Origin: Deltaproteobacteria bacterium TL4
GTDB taxonomy: Bacteria; SAR324; NAC60-12
DNA length: 42,966 nt
NCBI GenBank assembly: GCA_051382335.1
Contig: JBBCAX010000110.1
Span: forward strand, 1-42,966
Direction: 5' to 3'
Below, in pieces: positions 9,547 to 20,088 of this stretch. Position 1 is the first letter of the stretch. Each line of letters starts with the position of its first letter. The notes under the pieces are model-generated. The model ran no database searches, was not told the DNA's origin, and saw only the letters and a program-made list of their open reading frames with translations. The position numbers were made by a program, and so were the translations under genes.

Positions 9547-11553
9547 ATGCACCACTCTTTGAAAAACTATAATAATTATTTGCTGTGGATCATCATACTC
9601 CTCTTGTCGATTGCCGTCCATTTGGGGATCCATCTGTTGACCCAAAGGCTCACAGACTGGGTGATCCTGGCTCTTCCTATTTTATCCTTACTTATTATTT
9701 TGTATGTTCTTAAGGAAGATAAAAAAACACGGGTTCACTTGAATGAAGTGGAGCAAGAAAAATATCGTGTTTTAGAAGAAACTCAAAATAAATACCATTC
9801 TCTCATTGAAGCCTCTGAAGATGGGTTGATTTTGACAGACATGGAATTCAACACCCTCTTACATAACAACGCCTATGCTACAAGTTTGGGTGACAATGAA
9901 GGCGAGCCTTTTCATGAAAGACTCACTAAAGTCCATCCTGATGATCAGGCGATTGCTCAAAAGCTGCTTAATGAAATTGCGGATCGTGGAGAAATGGAAG
10001 TTGAATACCGTATTCAACACAAAGATGGATACTGGGTTTATCGCTCCACCTCAGGTGTGGTGATCCATGATATTCAAGGACGGCCCAAATCCATTCTATT
10101 TACCATTTGGGATATCACAGACATTAAGCAAATGGAAAATGATTTAAAAATCGCCAAGGAGCAAGCCCAAGCGGCAAATATTGCTAAAACCCGCTTTTTA
10201 GCCAATATGAGCCACGAAATCCGTACCCCTCTCAATGGAATCGTTGGCTTTTCCCAAATATTGCTGAATCGACTCAAAGAGGTTCAACTGCCAGGGAACT
10301 CTCATCACCACTTACAAAACATCATTACCTGTGCCAATAACCTCTCTGAATTAATCAATGATATCCTAGACTTATCTAAAATTGAAGCCGGGAAAATTCA
10401 ACTCAATCTGGAATCCCTCAATTTCAAACAATTGTTTCAGGGGGTTTACCACATCAACAAACCTCAGGCCTTGAATAAAAAAATAAAATTTTCCTACGAA
10501 GTGGATTCCTCGCTTCCTTTGTGGATCCTGTCTGACCGGACAAAACTCAATCAGATTCTGATGAACCTTGTAGTGAATGCGCTTAAATTTACTTCCGAGG
10601 GCAAAAAAGTCCACATGAGAGCAGCACAAGAAAACAATTGGTTATTGCTCCAAGTCATTGATGAAGGAATCGGAATTCCCCAGGAACGTCAACACGCGAT
10701 CTTTAATGCTTTTGAACAGGGAGATATTACCACAACACGCATGTATGGCGGTACAGGTTTGGGACTAGCCATTACTCGAAGAATGGTTGACCTTCTGAAA
10801 GGGACAATTGAAATTGACAGTTATGTGCAAAAAGGAACCACCTTTTCCATCAGAGTTCCTCTTGAAGAAGCGCATAATATTTCAGAAGATGAGACAGTTA
10901 TCGATTTAAATCAATATCAGTATTCCCCGGATAATGTCATCTTACTTGCGGAAGACAATGACATTAATCAAGAAATGATTTGTTCTCTTTTTGAAGATTT
11001 AAACTTGAAAATTCATGTCGCGACAAACGGCAAAGAGGCGGTAGAAAAAGTCAAAGAGATTTCTCCAAACCTAGTTCTTATGGACATGCACATGCCCGTC
11101 ATGGATGGCTTGGCGGCAACCACCGCAATCAGGAAACTGCCGCAATTTTCCTTACTGCCAATCGTTGCCATTTCAGCGGACGCCTTTGTCGAGCATCGCA
11201 ACCACGCTCTTGTTAACGGCGTTGATGAATATCTCACGAAACCGATCGACTTCCATCAACTATTACCTGTTTTGAACAAATATTTAACGAAGGAAAAACC
11301 CGTGGCTCCTGAAACAGAAAATGTTGCGTCTTTGCCCGATTCTGTCAAACAGGAGGTAATTGCTCATTTGAATGAAATTTTGGAAATCCCTATCTATTTT
11401 ACCGATCAACTGCTGGAAAAAACTCAGGAAATCCGAGCACTCTGTCTCTCCTACAAGTCGGAATACCTAAAACTGTTACAACCTATCGAAAATGCAATAT
11501 ATGGAGGAAATACCAAGCAATTATCCCACCTCATCAATCAGCTTCTGCGTTAA
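9547..11553 (+). CDS. Hybrid sensor histidine kinase (2 TM, PAS, HisKA, HATPase_c, REC)
   Basis: PAS VHPDD...EYRIQHKDGYW; H-box ANMSHEIRTPLNG; NLVVNALKFT; DEGIGI; YGGTGLGL; REC LLAEDN...MDMHMPVMDG...TKP. The ATG at 9547 is preferred over the TTG at 9490. Confidence 0.92.
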   Translation: MHHSLKNYNNYLLWIIILLLSIAVHLGIHLLTQRLTDWVILALPILSLLIILYVLKEDKKTRVHLNEVEQEKYRVLEETQNKYHSLIEASEDGLILTDMEFNTLLHNNAYATSLGDNEGEPFHERLTKVHPDDQAIAQKLLNEIADRGEMEVEYRIQHKDGYWVYRSTSGVVIHDIQGRPKSILFTIWDITDIKQMENDLKIAKEQAQAANIAKTRFLANMSHEIRTPLNGIVGFSQILLNRLKEVQLPGNSHHHLQNIITCANNLSELINDILDLSKIEAGKIQLNLESLNFKQLFQGVYHINKPQALNKKIKFSYEVDSSLPLWILSDRTKLNQILMNLVVNALKFTSEGKKVHMRAAQENNWLLLQVIDEGIGIPQERQHAIFNAFEQGDITTTRMYGGTGLGLAITRRMVDLLKGTIEIDSYVQKGTTFSIRVPLEEAHNISEDETVIDLNQYQYSPDNVILLAEDNDINQEMICSLFEDLNLKIHVATNGKEAVEKVKEISPNLVLMDMHMPVMDGLAATTAIRKLPQFSLLPIVAISADAFVEHRNHALVNGVDEYLTKPIDFHQLLPVLNKYLTKEKPVAPETENVASLPDSVKQEVIAHLNEILEIPIYFTDQLLEKTQEIRALCLSYKSEYLKLLQPIENAIYGGNTKQLSHLINQLLR

Positions 11554-11599
11554 TGATATCCCTCACACGGGTTCAAAAAAGTAGACCTAAAGGACGTCA

Positions 11600-12160
11600 T
11601 TAATCACCCAACATACCGTCTTTCAAATCACCATCAGCAGGATCCTCAGAAAGCCAGATTCCAAATACCGCTTTTTTGAAATCCATCCCTTTGATAGTGT
11701 TTTTTAAGGTCCCGTTTTTATAAATTTCTGTCCCTGCATTGGGATTATAAATCAGATCAAACGCATCATTTTCATTAATTTTTTCTTTAAATACCTCCAT
11801 GAAACTATCAATTTCTGTTTTGAGGCTGCCATCCTTTCCGTCTGTAGCGTTCCTAAAACCATCTCTTGTGGCTTTCTCCATTTTATCACTGGTGATCAAA
11901 CCCGAAGTAATATGCAAACGAATCGCCATTGGCTGATTATCATTGATGATCTTTTGGGCCTCACTACTTTTTTGCTGTAAGTATAATCCCGCGACATAAA
12001 GTTTCATAAAAAATTTTGACCGTTTTCCCCCTCCATTCAATACCAGTTGAATATCACCCGACTTAAGAGTGTCAGGCAATTTAACCCCTTCAATTGTTTT
12101 CGCATACCCTAAAGGTACGACTAATAAGCACATGATAACGGCGATAATGGATTTTTTCAT
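11600..12160 (-). CDS. Chalcone-isomerase-like (Chalcone_3) exported protein
   Basis: Signal peptide; LVLNGGGKRSKFFMKLYVAGLYL; FKKAVFGIWLSEDPAD. RBS AGGAG. Confidence 0.85.
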   Translation of the reverse strand: MKKSIIAVIMCLLVVPLGYAKTIEGVKLPDTLKSGDIQLVLNGGGKRSKFFMKLYVAGLYLQQKSSEAQKIINDNQPMAIRLHITSGLITSDKMEKATRDGFRNATDGKDGSLKTEIDSFMEVFKEKINENDAFDLIYNPNAGTEIYKNGTLKNTIKGMDFKKAVFGIWLSEDPADGDLKDGMLGD

Positions 12161-12867
12161 GATGACTCCTGCATTAAAATATCAAATTGGTTGAGGCCTA
12201 GCCAGAGGGGCTATTCCACGTACTGACGCTATTTGAGTAAATAGAAAAAATTATAAAGTTTTGTCAAACACATTTTTACGGAGACCCTGTTTTAAATTAG
12301 TTTTTTTTCGAAAGATTCAATTTGATGAGCGGATCCTTCTAAACCATGAAGGTGAACAGCAGCTCCCTTCAACAATATTTTCAGGGTCGGCACAGCCCTA
12401 AACGTTCTCCCAGTAATTCGCTGATGCGATCAAAAGAAAAAGATCCATAGAGGATTCAACTTGAAAATCATCGTGAATTATTAGATTCTCACAGCATCTT
12501 ACTGACCTGCACCGTTTAGTGGACCAGTAATAGGATGACTCTGATCTGATTCTTCATGGACCTTTGACTGAGGTTTCTCCCAGAAAAAGGATACTTGCGG
12601 CAATATTTTGTTCACACCACCACACCATTTGAGCCCCTGAATCAACAAAAATTTATAACAGCATTCTTTTCCGAGAAAAATTTTAATGAAGATTAAGCTG
12701 GAAGGAAATCTGTTTTACTGAAATCATGTGACGGAAAAGGGGGAATCTATCGCTGGCAAAAGTCTTTGATAAGACCCCAGGGATGAACTCAGCATATACA
12801 TATACCCCTGAGTTAGAAATAAAACAGGGAACGTCAATTAAAATTTTATTGAAGTAGGTCATTGAAC

Positions 12868-13224
12868 ATGAATGAAACTCAAAATGTGGAATTAATTTTG
12901 GCAACGGCCAACAAACTTTTCGAAAAGGAACGTTACCTGGCGGCAAAAAAGGAGTTTGAAAAAATTCGGGAGGCTCCTAACGCTGAAGACGTTCTTGAAA
13001 AAATCGAAATATGCAACGAGGAATTGGCCCTTCTAAAAGCCAATGAACTGGTAAAACAGGCGAGAAAACATCTGAAAAAAGAGGACCTAGCTCAGGCATT
13101 GACAAGCTTTGAAGAAGCCAATCTCATTCTGAATGAAGATTGGATCGTCAAGCAAATGCAAAATTTAAAACACTTACTTGCGGGAAAGAGTACTGTCAAT
13201 GAGACAGTGGATGCAAAAAAATAA
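12868..13224 (+). CDS. Short TPR-like helical protein, possibly a truncated or frameshifted remnant
   Basis: ANKLFEKERYLAAKKEFEK and ARKHLKKEDLAQALTSFEEA resemble TPR helices. The ORF stops right after an A7 run. Confidence 0.55.
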   Translation: MNETQNVELILATANKLFEKERYLAAKKEFEKIREAPNAEDVLEKIEICNEELALLKANELVKQARKHLKKEDLAQALTSFEEANLILNEDWIVKQMQNLKHLLAGKSTVNETVDAKK

Positions 13225-13518
13225 GGAAGAATCTCAAAAGGCCGCTAACCCCTTTGAGCAAGAGTTCAATAAATAAAGTTGAGGAATCCAGTAGCGCATA
13301 ACTGTGACAAAATCTACAGATTTTGATGACTCAGCACTGCCATACTTTTGATTAAAGCAAAAAGACTCTGACCTTTTTTTAACTGGAGTCGATCACAGGA
13401 TTTTCTGGTAATTCGTGCCCAGAGTGGATTTCCGATACTGATTCCCAAACTCTTGCATCCGTGCAAATCCGTGAGCTTTTTTTAAAAAAACCGCCAATGG
13501 TGACACATCCACGTTCTC

Positions 13519-13992
13519 CTAAATAAATTCAACAGACAAAATTTCTATTTCCATCTTCCCTTTGGGAATAGGAATAATCACCTCATCTCCTGCTTTTTTC
13601 CCAATCAAAGCCCTTGCGACAGGGGAAGTCACCGAGATTTTGTTTTGTTTTAAATCCGATTCATCCTCTCCTACGATTTGGTATCTGATTTCTTCGTTCG
13701 TATCCAGATCCACAAAAGTAACCGTTGCTCCAAAAACAATTTTATTTCCTGACATTTTTGAGATATCAATCACCTCACAGTTTGCCATTTTAGCATTAAT
13801 TGTTTGGATGCGACCTTCAATATGACCTTGTTGTTCTTTTGCCGCATGATACTCCGCATTCTCCTTTAAATCGCCATGAGCCCGAGCTTCTGCAATCGCA
13901 TTAATCACAGCAGGGCGCTTGACCTGGAGTAATTCTTTTAGTTCTGCTTTCAAAGCCGCATAACCAGCTTTCGTCATCGGATAGTCACTCAT
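13519..13992 (-). CDS. greA: Transcription elongation factor GreA
   Basis: ARAHGDLKENAEYHAAKE, IVFGATV, ISVTSPVARALIGK. Confidence 0.97.
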   Translation of the reverse strand: MSDYPMTKAGYAALKAELKELLQVKRPAVINAIAEARAHGDLKENAEYHAAKEQQGHIEGRIQTINAKMANCEVIDISKMSGNKIVFGATVTFVDLDTNEEIRYQIVGEDESDLKQNKISVTSPVARALIGKKAGDEVIIPIPKGKMEIEILSVEFI

Positions 13993-14059
13993 AATTTCTA
14001 TTCATTAAGGTTTACATTGATTGTTAGAAATTTCGTTCTAAATACTGTTTGTTATTATG

Positions 14060-14184
14060 CTATAGCTGTTCATTTAAGCCTTGGGCTCCGTCTTGAAGAA
14101 CAAGAAACCCAAGTTCACTGAGACGAAAATCCGGGGTTACCATAACTGGCTCAACAATGCGTTTATTTAAATGAACGTCTATAG
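14060..14184. mobile_element. MITE-like element with 18-bp terminal inverted repeats
   Basis: CTATAGCTGTTCATTTAA (14060-14077) and TTAAATGAACGTCTATAG (14167-14184) match at 16/18 positions. TA-containing ends, non-coding interior. Confidence 0.5.
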
Positions 14185-14313
14185 GTCAGAAAAGTTTTGT
14201 ACTATGACCTGATTTTTTTCTTTTAGCCACGAAAAACACGAACAAGCTTTATTTATTGTTTTTTTTACGGACTTTGTGGCTATCAGCAAAAATGATGCCC
14301 TTGAACAAAACTT

Positions 14314-14487
14314 ATAGGAATCCCGGCACCTTTCAAAATCCTGGATAAGTAGTTTACAGTTTGAACGAGTCTTTGTCATTCCCGCGAACGCGGGAATCCA
14401 GAAGCTACGGACTGAAGATGGATTCCCGCGTTCGCGGGAATGACAACACAGTGTCAACTGGGAAATGAAAGGTGCCGGAATCCCTGT
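14314..14487. repeat. Nested inverted-repeat element: outer 22-bp IR enclosing a REP/dRS3-like palindrome pair
   Basis: Outer ATAGGAATCCCGGCACCTTTCA (14314-14335) / TGAAAGGTGCCGGAATCCCTGT (14466-14487), 19/22 match. Inner perfect 28-bp IR TTGTCATTCCCGCGAACGCGGGAATCCA (14373-14400) / 14419-14446, each arm itself an ATTCCC-N8-GGGAAT hairpin. Confidence 0.8.
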
Positions 14488-14623
14488 CATAATTGATCAA
14501 ATCGGAGAGAATACCACTCAATCAAAGCGGAATTGCCATGAATTGTAGGACTCCATCTGACTTATTAGCAAAATAGTCGATTTTGAGGAGAGGTCAAGAC
14601 CAGTTTTGTGGCTTTTTTCTGAC

Positions 14624-14652
14624 TTGAAGAAAGAGTAAATTACCACTATTCT
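14624..14652 (+). promoter_or_regulatory. Putative sigma70 promoter for leuB
   Basis: TTGAAG (14624-14629), 17-nt spacer, TATTCT (14647-14652), about 85 nt upstream of the leuB ATG. Confidence 0.45.
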
Positions 14653-14737
14653 TCGACTTTATAAAGTTGAGACTTTGCTTACCCCCTAAATTGATATTCG
14701 GATTACTCATTTAAAAGTCTTCTAAGTAAAGGAATTT

Positions 14738-15811
14738 ATGAACAAAAAAGTTACTGTGACTCCTGGCGATGGGATAGGCCAGGAAGTTACGACACAAGCT
14801 GTTAACGTATTAAAAGCTGTGGCCTCTCGTTTTGATGTATCTCTAGAAATCTCTGAATTTCCTGTTGGTGGAACAGCCTATGATCTCACAGGAACCCCTT
14901 TACCCAAAGAAACATTGGCTGCCTGTAAAAGCGGTGATGTTGTTCTGCTTGGCGCTGTCGGAGGTCCCAAATGGGAACCTCTGGATTACTCAGTACGCCC
15001 CGAGCGAGCACTTCTCGGCTTACGGTCAGAACTCGGTCTCTATGCCAATCTACGACCGGCACAAATCTACGGAGACTTGGTAGGTGCCTCAACTTTAAAA
15101 CGAGAAGTCGTGGAAGGCGCGGACATTATGGTTATTCGTGAACTCACAGGAGGCATCTATTTTGGACGACCGAAGGGTATTGAAATCCGTAATGGAGAAC
15201 GTGTGGGTTTTAACACACTCGTGTATTCAGAATCAGAAATTCGAAGAATTGCCAAAGTCGGTTTTGAAACAGCTCAAAAACGGAATAAAAAATTAACGTC
15301 TGTTGATAAAGCTAACGTTCTGGAATCAAGTGAACTTTGGAGAGAAATTGTCACGGCATTGGCCTCAGAATATTCTGATGTCACCTTGAACCATATGTAT
15401 GTTGATAATGCCGCAATGCAATTAATCCGTGCGCCCAAACAGTTCGATACCATTGTCACAGGCAATTTGTTTGGCGATATTTTGAGTGATGCGGCCGCAA
15501 TGATGACCGGCTCTATTGGAATGCTGCCTTCTGCAAGCCTGGGAGGAACCATTGGTCTTTATGAACCAGTTCACGGTTCTGCGCCTGATATTGCCGGTCG
15601 GGACATTGCCAATCCTTTGGCGACGATCCTTTCAGTGGGTATGATGTTCCGCTATTCATTTGGTCTCAAAGAAGCGGATGAATTGATCCAGCGAGCCGTA
15701 GAGCAGACCCTTGAGACTTACCGGACCAGAGATATTATGGCGGAAGGTAAGCAGCAAATAGGCTGCGTTGAAATGGGAGAACAGGTACTCAAACATCTGG
15801 AACAAAGCTGA
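14738..15811 (+). CDS. leuB: 3-isopropylmalate dehydrogenase
   Basis: [69 protein letters not shown]. Confidence 0.96.
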   Translation: MNKKVTVTPGDGIGQEVTTQAVNVLKAVASRFDVSLEISEFPVGGTAYDLTGTPLPKETLAACKSGDVVLLGAVGGPKWEPLDYSVRPERALLGLRSELGLYANLRPAQIYGDLVGASTLKREVVEGADIMVIRELTGGIYFGRPKGIEIRNGERVGFNTLVYSESEIRRIAKVGFETAQKRNKKLTSVDKANVLESSELWREIVTALASEYSDVTLNHMYVDNAAMQLIRAPKQFDTIVTGNLFGDILSDAAAMMTGSIGMLPSASLGGTIGLYEPVHGSAPDIAGRDIANPLATILSVGMMFRYSFGLKEADELIQRAVEQTLETYRTRDIMAEGKQQIGCVEMGEQVLKHLEQS

Positions 15812-15869
15812 CAGTCGATGTTGGAAAGCTCAGCCGTGGTTGTGTATCGAAGGGCCGTAAATTTCCATC

Positions 15870-15897
15870 AGAGGTCAGAACCATAGACCTCTTCGTT
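15870..15897 (+). terminator. Possible weak hairpin terminator after leuB
   Basis: AGAGGTC-N9-GACCTCT followed by TCGTT; the U tract is poor. Confidence 0.25.
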
Positions 15898-15958
15898 CAA
15901 GAACTAACACCGAACACCTGCCAAGCGGGAGTTTTTCAGCATCACGGGGAGTAGCCTT

Positions 15959-16621
15959 TTGAAAATTAGTATTCAACATGAAACTGAAATTTGCATTGTG
16001 TATGCGTCAGGCAACATGACCAATGAAGCGATCGTTCATTTTGAGAAAACGCTCAAACCCTTGTTCAGTCAACTGGCTTTTGAAAAGGACCCCCCCTTGC
16101 CCGTGTTGATTAACCTTGCGAACATTGAGTACATAGATTCAGCAGGAATTGCGGCCTTGGTTGGGGTTCATTTGAATTGTCGACATTGGCTTTTAGAGTT
16201 GGGGTTTTGTACTGTTTCGTCTGTTGTTCTTAAAAGCCTTCAACGGACCAAACTCGATCAGATGTTGGACATCTACCCTAACGAAACTGAAGGAAGATTC
16301 GCCTTGATCGAACGGCAACGTCTCAGTAAGCGTTGCGCCTACGAGGCAGAGGTGATCCTCCAATCAGAAGCACAAACCTACAAATTACGCTCCTTCAATC
16401 TTTCTGAGGGAGGAATTGGCTTATATTCCAATACCGAAATTTCAACCAATTCCGGAACTTACCATGTTCTCCTACTGGAAGCACAAATTGAAAGTGACGT
16501 GAATATTCATCGTTGCCGGGCTCTGGAAAAAGGTTACGAAGTCGTAACCACTTTCAAAGATCCCGATGACGCACTGAAACAAAAAATCAATAACTTGCTT
16601 CGTCAACTTCCTTCAGCTTAG
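15959..16621 (+). CDS. STAS (anti-anti-sigma) domain fused to a PilZ domain
   Basis: STAS motif INLANIEYIDSAGIAAL. PilZ motifs RLSKR (RxxxR) and NLSEGG (D/NxSxxG). TTG start after GGGGAG. Confidence 0.8.
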   Translation: MKISIQHETEICIVYASGNMTNEAIVHFEKTLKPLFSQLAFEKDPPLPVLINLANIEYIDSAGIAALVGVHLNCRHWLLELGFCTVSSVVLKSLQRTKLDQMLDIYPNETEGRFALIERQRLSKRCAYEAEVILQSEAQTYKLRSFNLSEGGIGLYSNTEISTNSGTYHVLLLEAQIESDVNIHRCRALEKGYEVVTTFKDPDDALKQKINNLLRQLPSA

Positions 16622-18386
16622 GGCTTGTTGCCTGAGCTCTAAATTGCATATCGTAAAGTTGCTTATAACGGCCTCCCTGCTCCAATAAAGACTCGTGATT
16701 TCCCTCTTGTACAATTTGTCCATTTTCTAACACACAAATGCGATGAGCATGACGGATTGTAGACAGGCGATGGGCAATGACAATGGTTGTGCGGTTTTGC
16801 ATGAGATTTTCCAACGCCTGTTGAACCTCAATTTCAGACTCCGAATCAAGTGCCGAAGTGGCCTCATCCAGAATTAAAATGGGCGCATCTTTGACAATGG
16901 CCCTGGCAATAGCCAACCGTTGACGCTGTCCGCCTGAGATCAAGACCCCCTTTTCTCCGATCGAAGTCTGGTATCCATGACGTAAATTGCTGATGAATTG
17001 ATGCGCATTTGCCGCTTTGGCAGCGGCAATCATCCGATCTTCAAGACAATCGCGATGCCCATAGGAGATATTATTTGCGACGGTATCATTAAACAAAATG
17101 GTTTCTTGAGTTACAATGGAAATCAAATGGCGTAAGGACTCTAATTCCATGTCACGCAGATCGTTGCCATCGACTTTGATACTACCTTCGGTGACATCAA
17201 AAAAGCGGGGAATCAAATTGGCTAACGTCGTTTTTCCTGAACCACTACTGCCAACCAAAGCTAAGACTTCTCCCTTTTTCAAGGAAAGATGGATCTCTTT
17301 TAAGACCACTTCAGAATATCCTAGGTATTGAAACTTCACTATATCCATATCAATTTGGTGTTTAAAGGACTCCAGTTTAACAGGATTCAGCGACTCTTTA
17401 ATATCATTTTGAGTATCCATAATCGAAAAAACCCGATTAATTGCGGCCAAGCCTTCTTGCAGTTTCAAATTAAAACCGTTGAGATCTTTGATAGGAGGAT
17501 TGAGCAGGAAAAAACTCATGAAAAACGACGCAAAATCACCTGCGGTAATTTGATTGTGAATGATCAAATAGCCACCATAGGCCAAAATGGTGGCACCCGC
17601 TGTCGCCCCTATCACTTCAATGACAGGAGTGGCATAGGAGGCAATCATAATTGATTCCATATTACGATTGTAAAAAATTTTGTTGGACTCATCAAAACGC
17701 TTACTTTCGTAACGTTCCATACCAAAAGCCTTCACGACCCGCATTCCTGAAATCGTTTCTACCAACAAACCTGTCAAATCGCCAAAGCTGGATTGACGAC
17801 CCGTCACTGCGCGTTTATTGTTTTTGCCAAATAGATGAATAAAAAAGAAGGTCACAGGAATAATAATGGAGGTAACCAAAGCTAATTCCCAACTTCGAAA
17901 AACCATGATTCCGAATAACAGAAAAATCTGAGGAATATCGCGGAATGGACCACTCACACCAACGGTCAAGGTTTGCTGTAACACCTGAAGATCATTGGTA
18001 AACCGGGCAATGAGATCTCCCGTTTTGGATTTTGAAAAGAAAGAAAGGGAAAGCCTGATCACATGATCGAACAATTGTTGACGCAATTTCGCCACCAAGC
18101 GTTGTATCATCAGCCCCATGCTATAATTTTGACCAAAGTAAAAAACCCCCTTAAAAAAATAAATTAAAATAACCGCGGCACCCACCAGGAAAAATTGTGC
18201 CAATTTAGGGGCATCCCCATAGGCTAAAGCATCCACTACGTCCTTGGAATAAAAGGCGGGGGCCGCCGTGAAGATATTATAGGCCAGCATACAGAGGACA
18301 CTCATGACAATCCAACCTTTATAAGGAAAAATAAGTTCCAACAGGCGGCGAAATGACGTTTTTTGTTCAGGCGCTTGATCACTCAT
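16587..18386 (-). CDS. msbA: MsbA-like ABC exporter (TM domain plus NBD), probable lipid A flippase
   Basis: ABC TM region with TGDLIARFTND; Walker A GSSGSGKTT; ISGGQRQRLAIARA; ILDEATSALD; IAHRLST. Confidence 0.8.
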   Translation of the reverse strand: MSDQAPEQKTSFRRLLELIFPYKGWIVMSVLCMLAYNIFTAAPAFYSKDVVDALAYGDAPKLAQFFLVGAAVILIYFFKGVFYFGQNYSMGLMIQRLVAKLRQQLFDHVIRLSLSFFSKSKTGDLIARFTNDLQVLQQTLTVGVSGPFRDIPQIFLLFGIMVFRSWELALVTSIIIPVTFFFIHLFGKNNKRAVTGRQSSFGDLTGLLVETISGMRVVKAFGMERYESKRFDESNKIFYNRNMESIMIASYATPVIEVIGATAGATILAYGGYLIIHNQITAGDFASFFMSFFLLNPPIKDLNGFNLKLQEGLAAINRVFSIMDTQNDIKESLNPVKLESFKHQIDMDIVKFQYLGYSEVVLKEIHLSLKKGEVLALVGSSGSGKTTLANLIPRFFDVTEGSIKVDGNDLRDMELESLRHLISIVTQETILFNDTVANNISYGHRDCLEDRMIAAAKAANAHQFISNLRHGYQTSIGEKGVLISGGQRQRLAIARAIVKDAPILILDEATSALDSESEIEVQQALENLMQNRTTIVIAHRLSTIRHAHRICVLENGQIVQEGNHESLLEQGGRYKQLYDMQFRAQATSPKLKEVDEASY

Positions 18387-19832
18387 CTAAGAACGTTCCT
18401 TCCATTCCCAAGTTGTCCCCTCACGGGAATCATTTAACTTAATACCCATCTCCTCCATACGGTTCCTGATTAAATCGGACTGTGCGTAGTCCTTACGTTG
18501 TCGAGAATGTTCTCTCAACTCAATGACTAGGTTCATCAGTTGATCCATGTGTTTTTCTGAAGAGGAAGACTTTTCGAAATGATCCGGAATCAGTCCCAAA
18601 ACACCGCCTGCCAACTTTGAAAATATAGATTCCGCATCCACAATCGCCTCAATATTTGCGTCATGCTGTCCCATCAGCGTGTTCACTTCCCGACTTAAGT
18701 CAAACAGAACGGCTAAGGCCTGAGGTGTTGAGAAATCGTCATCCATCGCATCACAAAAGCGCTTTTGATACTCTTGAAACCATTGGTGAGTAGGTTTTGC
18801 GTCTTGAGGACATTTGGATCGCAATGAGCGAATCAATTGATGGAGCCTTTGCAATGAAGTTGCCGCAGTAGTAATTGCGTTTTGACTGTAATCCACAACA
18901 GAGCGATAATGGCTTGCCACAAAGAAATATCTCAAATGAATGGGGGAAAAAGTTTGAAAAGCGTCCTGTAGGGTGACAAAATTTTCTAAAGACTTACTCA
19001 TCTTCTGCCCTTCAATAGTCAGCATATTACTGTGCATCCAATATTTGGCAAAAGGCTTTCCCAAACCGTAGGCTTGAGCAATTTCACATTCATGATGAGG
19101 AAACTTTAAATCCATTCCGCCTCCGTGAATATCAAAGGCATCGCCCAAGTATTTAGTGCTCATCACGGCACATTCCGTGTGCCATCCTGGAAATCCAGCA
19201 CCACTCCAGGGATCTTTCCAGCGCATTAAATGTCCCGGTTCCGCAAGTTTCCACAAAGCAAAATCATTCGGGCTCTTTTTTTCACTTCTAACCGCTTCAC
19301 GAGTACCACTAATCATCTCGTCAAGGCTTCGATTCGACAATTTTCCATATTCCGGAGCTTTGGAAACGTCAAAATAGACCGAACCGTTAGCCTCATAAGC
19401 AAACCCACGCTCTATCAGCGTCTGAATCGCTTCGAGCTGTTCAGGAATGTGTCCTGTGGCACGAGGCGAAATATCAGGACGCAAAACCCCCATTTGATCC
19501 ATCACCTCAAAATACTGCTGAGTATAATATTCCGCGATAGCCATCGGCTCTTTTTTGAGTTCACGTGCTTTTTTTAAGATCTTATCTTCCCCTTCGTCCT
19601 GGTCTCCGACCAAATGACCGACATCCGTAATGTTTTGAACATAAAAGGTTTGATATCCCCGATACTTAAAGTACCGCAGAATCACATCAAAACTGATATA
19701 GGTTTTAGCATGTCCTAAATGAGCATCTCCATAAACAGTAGGTCCACAGACATACAAGGTGACATGATCTTTATTGATGGGTTTAAATACTTCTTTCTGA
19801 GCAGAAAGCGAATTATATAATTTTAGAGACAT
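18387..19832 (-). CDS. cysS: Cysteine--tRNA ligase
   Basis: [13 protein letters not shown] (HIGH-like), [35 protein letters not shown]. Confidence 0.97.
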   Translation of the reverse strand: MSLKLYNSLSAQKEVFKPINKDHVTLYVCGPTVYGDAHLGHAKTYISFDVILRYFKYRGYQTFYVQNITDVGHLVGDQDEGEDKILKKARELKKEPMAIAEYYTQQYFEVMDQMGVLRPDISPRATGHIPEQLEAIQTLIERGFAYEANGSVYFDVSKAPEYGKLSNRSLDEMISGTREAVRSEKKSPNDFALWKLAEPGHLMRWKDPWSGAGFPGWHTECAVMSTKYLGDAFDIHGGGMDLKFPHHECEIAQAYGLGKPFAKYWMHSNMLTIEGQKMSKSLENFVTLQDAFQTFSPIHLRYFFVASHYRSVVDYSQNAITTAATSLQRLHQLIRSLRSKCPQDAKPTHQWFQEYQKRFCDAMDDDFSTPQALAVLFDLSREVNTLMGQHDANIEAIVDAESIFSKLAGGVLGLIPDHFEKSSSSEKHMDQLMNLVIELREHSRQRKDYAQSDLIRNRMEEMGIKLNDSREGTTWEWKERS

Positions 19833-20088
19833 AATTTTATGAATAGATTAACTTTTAACAGTCCTCAAAACGGTATATGATGAAAAACTGATGGAAGTAG
19901 TAAGCGGAGAAAATAGGTTCATTCCTGTTTTGAGGATCAACATAATACAATAACTCCAAGTTGCAATCTCTTCCTCTTGCTTTTACCAATTTCTGCTATA
20001 AATTAAGGTTTCTTATTGACATGTACAGGTGACATAACGTAAATACCGTTTAGCACATAGAATCAGAAAATCCAAATATGAGGAGCAT

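Noticed and set aside
12495..12540. Imperfect hairpin or IS3-like end (TGACCTGCACCGTTTAGTGGACCA)
   Set aside because: No partner end or transposase remnant was seen, and the pairing is weak.
12750..12815. Possible riboswitch (GGCAAAAGTC..., AACTCAG/CTGAGTT stem)
   Set aside because: Lacks the conserved cores of c-di-GMP-I, cobalamin or other riboswitches I can recognise.
14060..14184. Possible 6S RNA
   Set aside because: Only about 125 nt, with no convincing central bubble. The TA-ended terminal IRs fit a MITE better.
13457..14242. Short CACG-type direct repeats on either side of greA (ATCCGTG x2 at 13457-13473; CACGAA x2 at 14228-14242)
   Set aside because: Only two short units each, too little to call an element.
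14179..14490. 103-aa ORF containing CHSRERGNP / WIPAFAGMT
   Set aside because: These peptides are translations of the palindromic repeat, not a gene.
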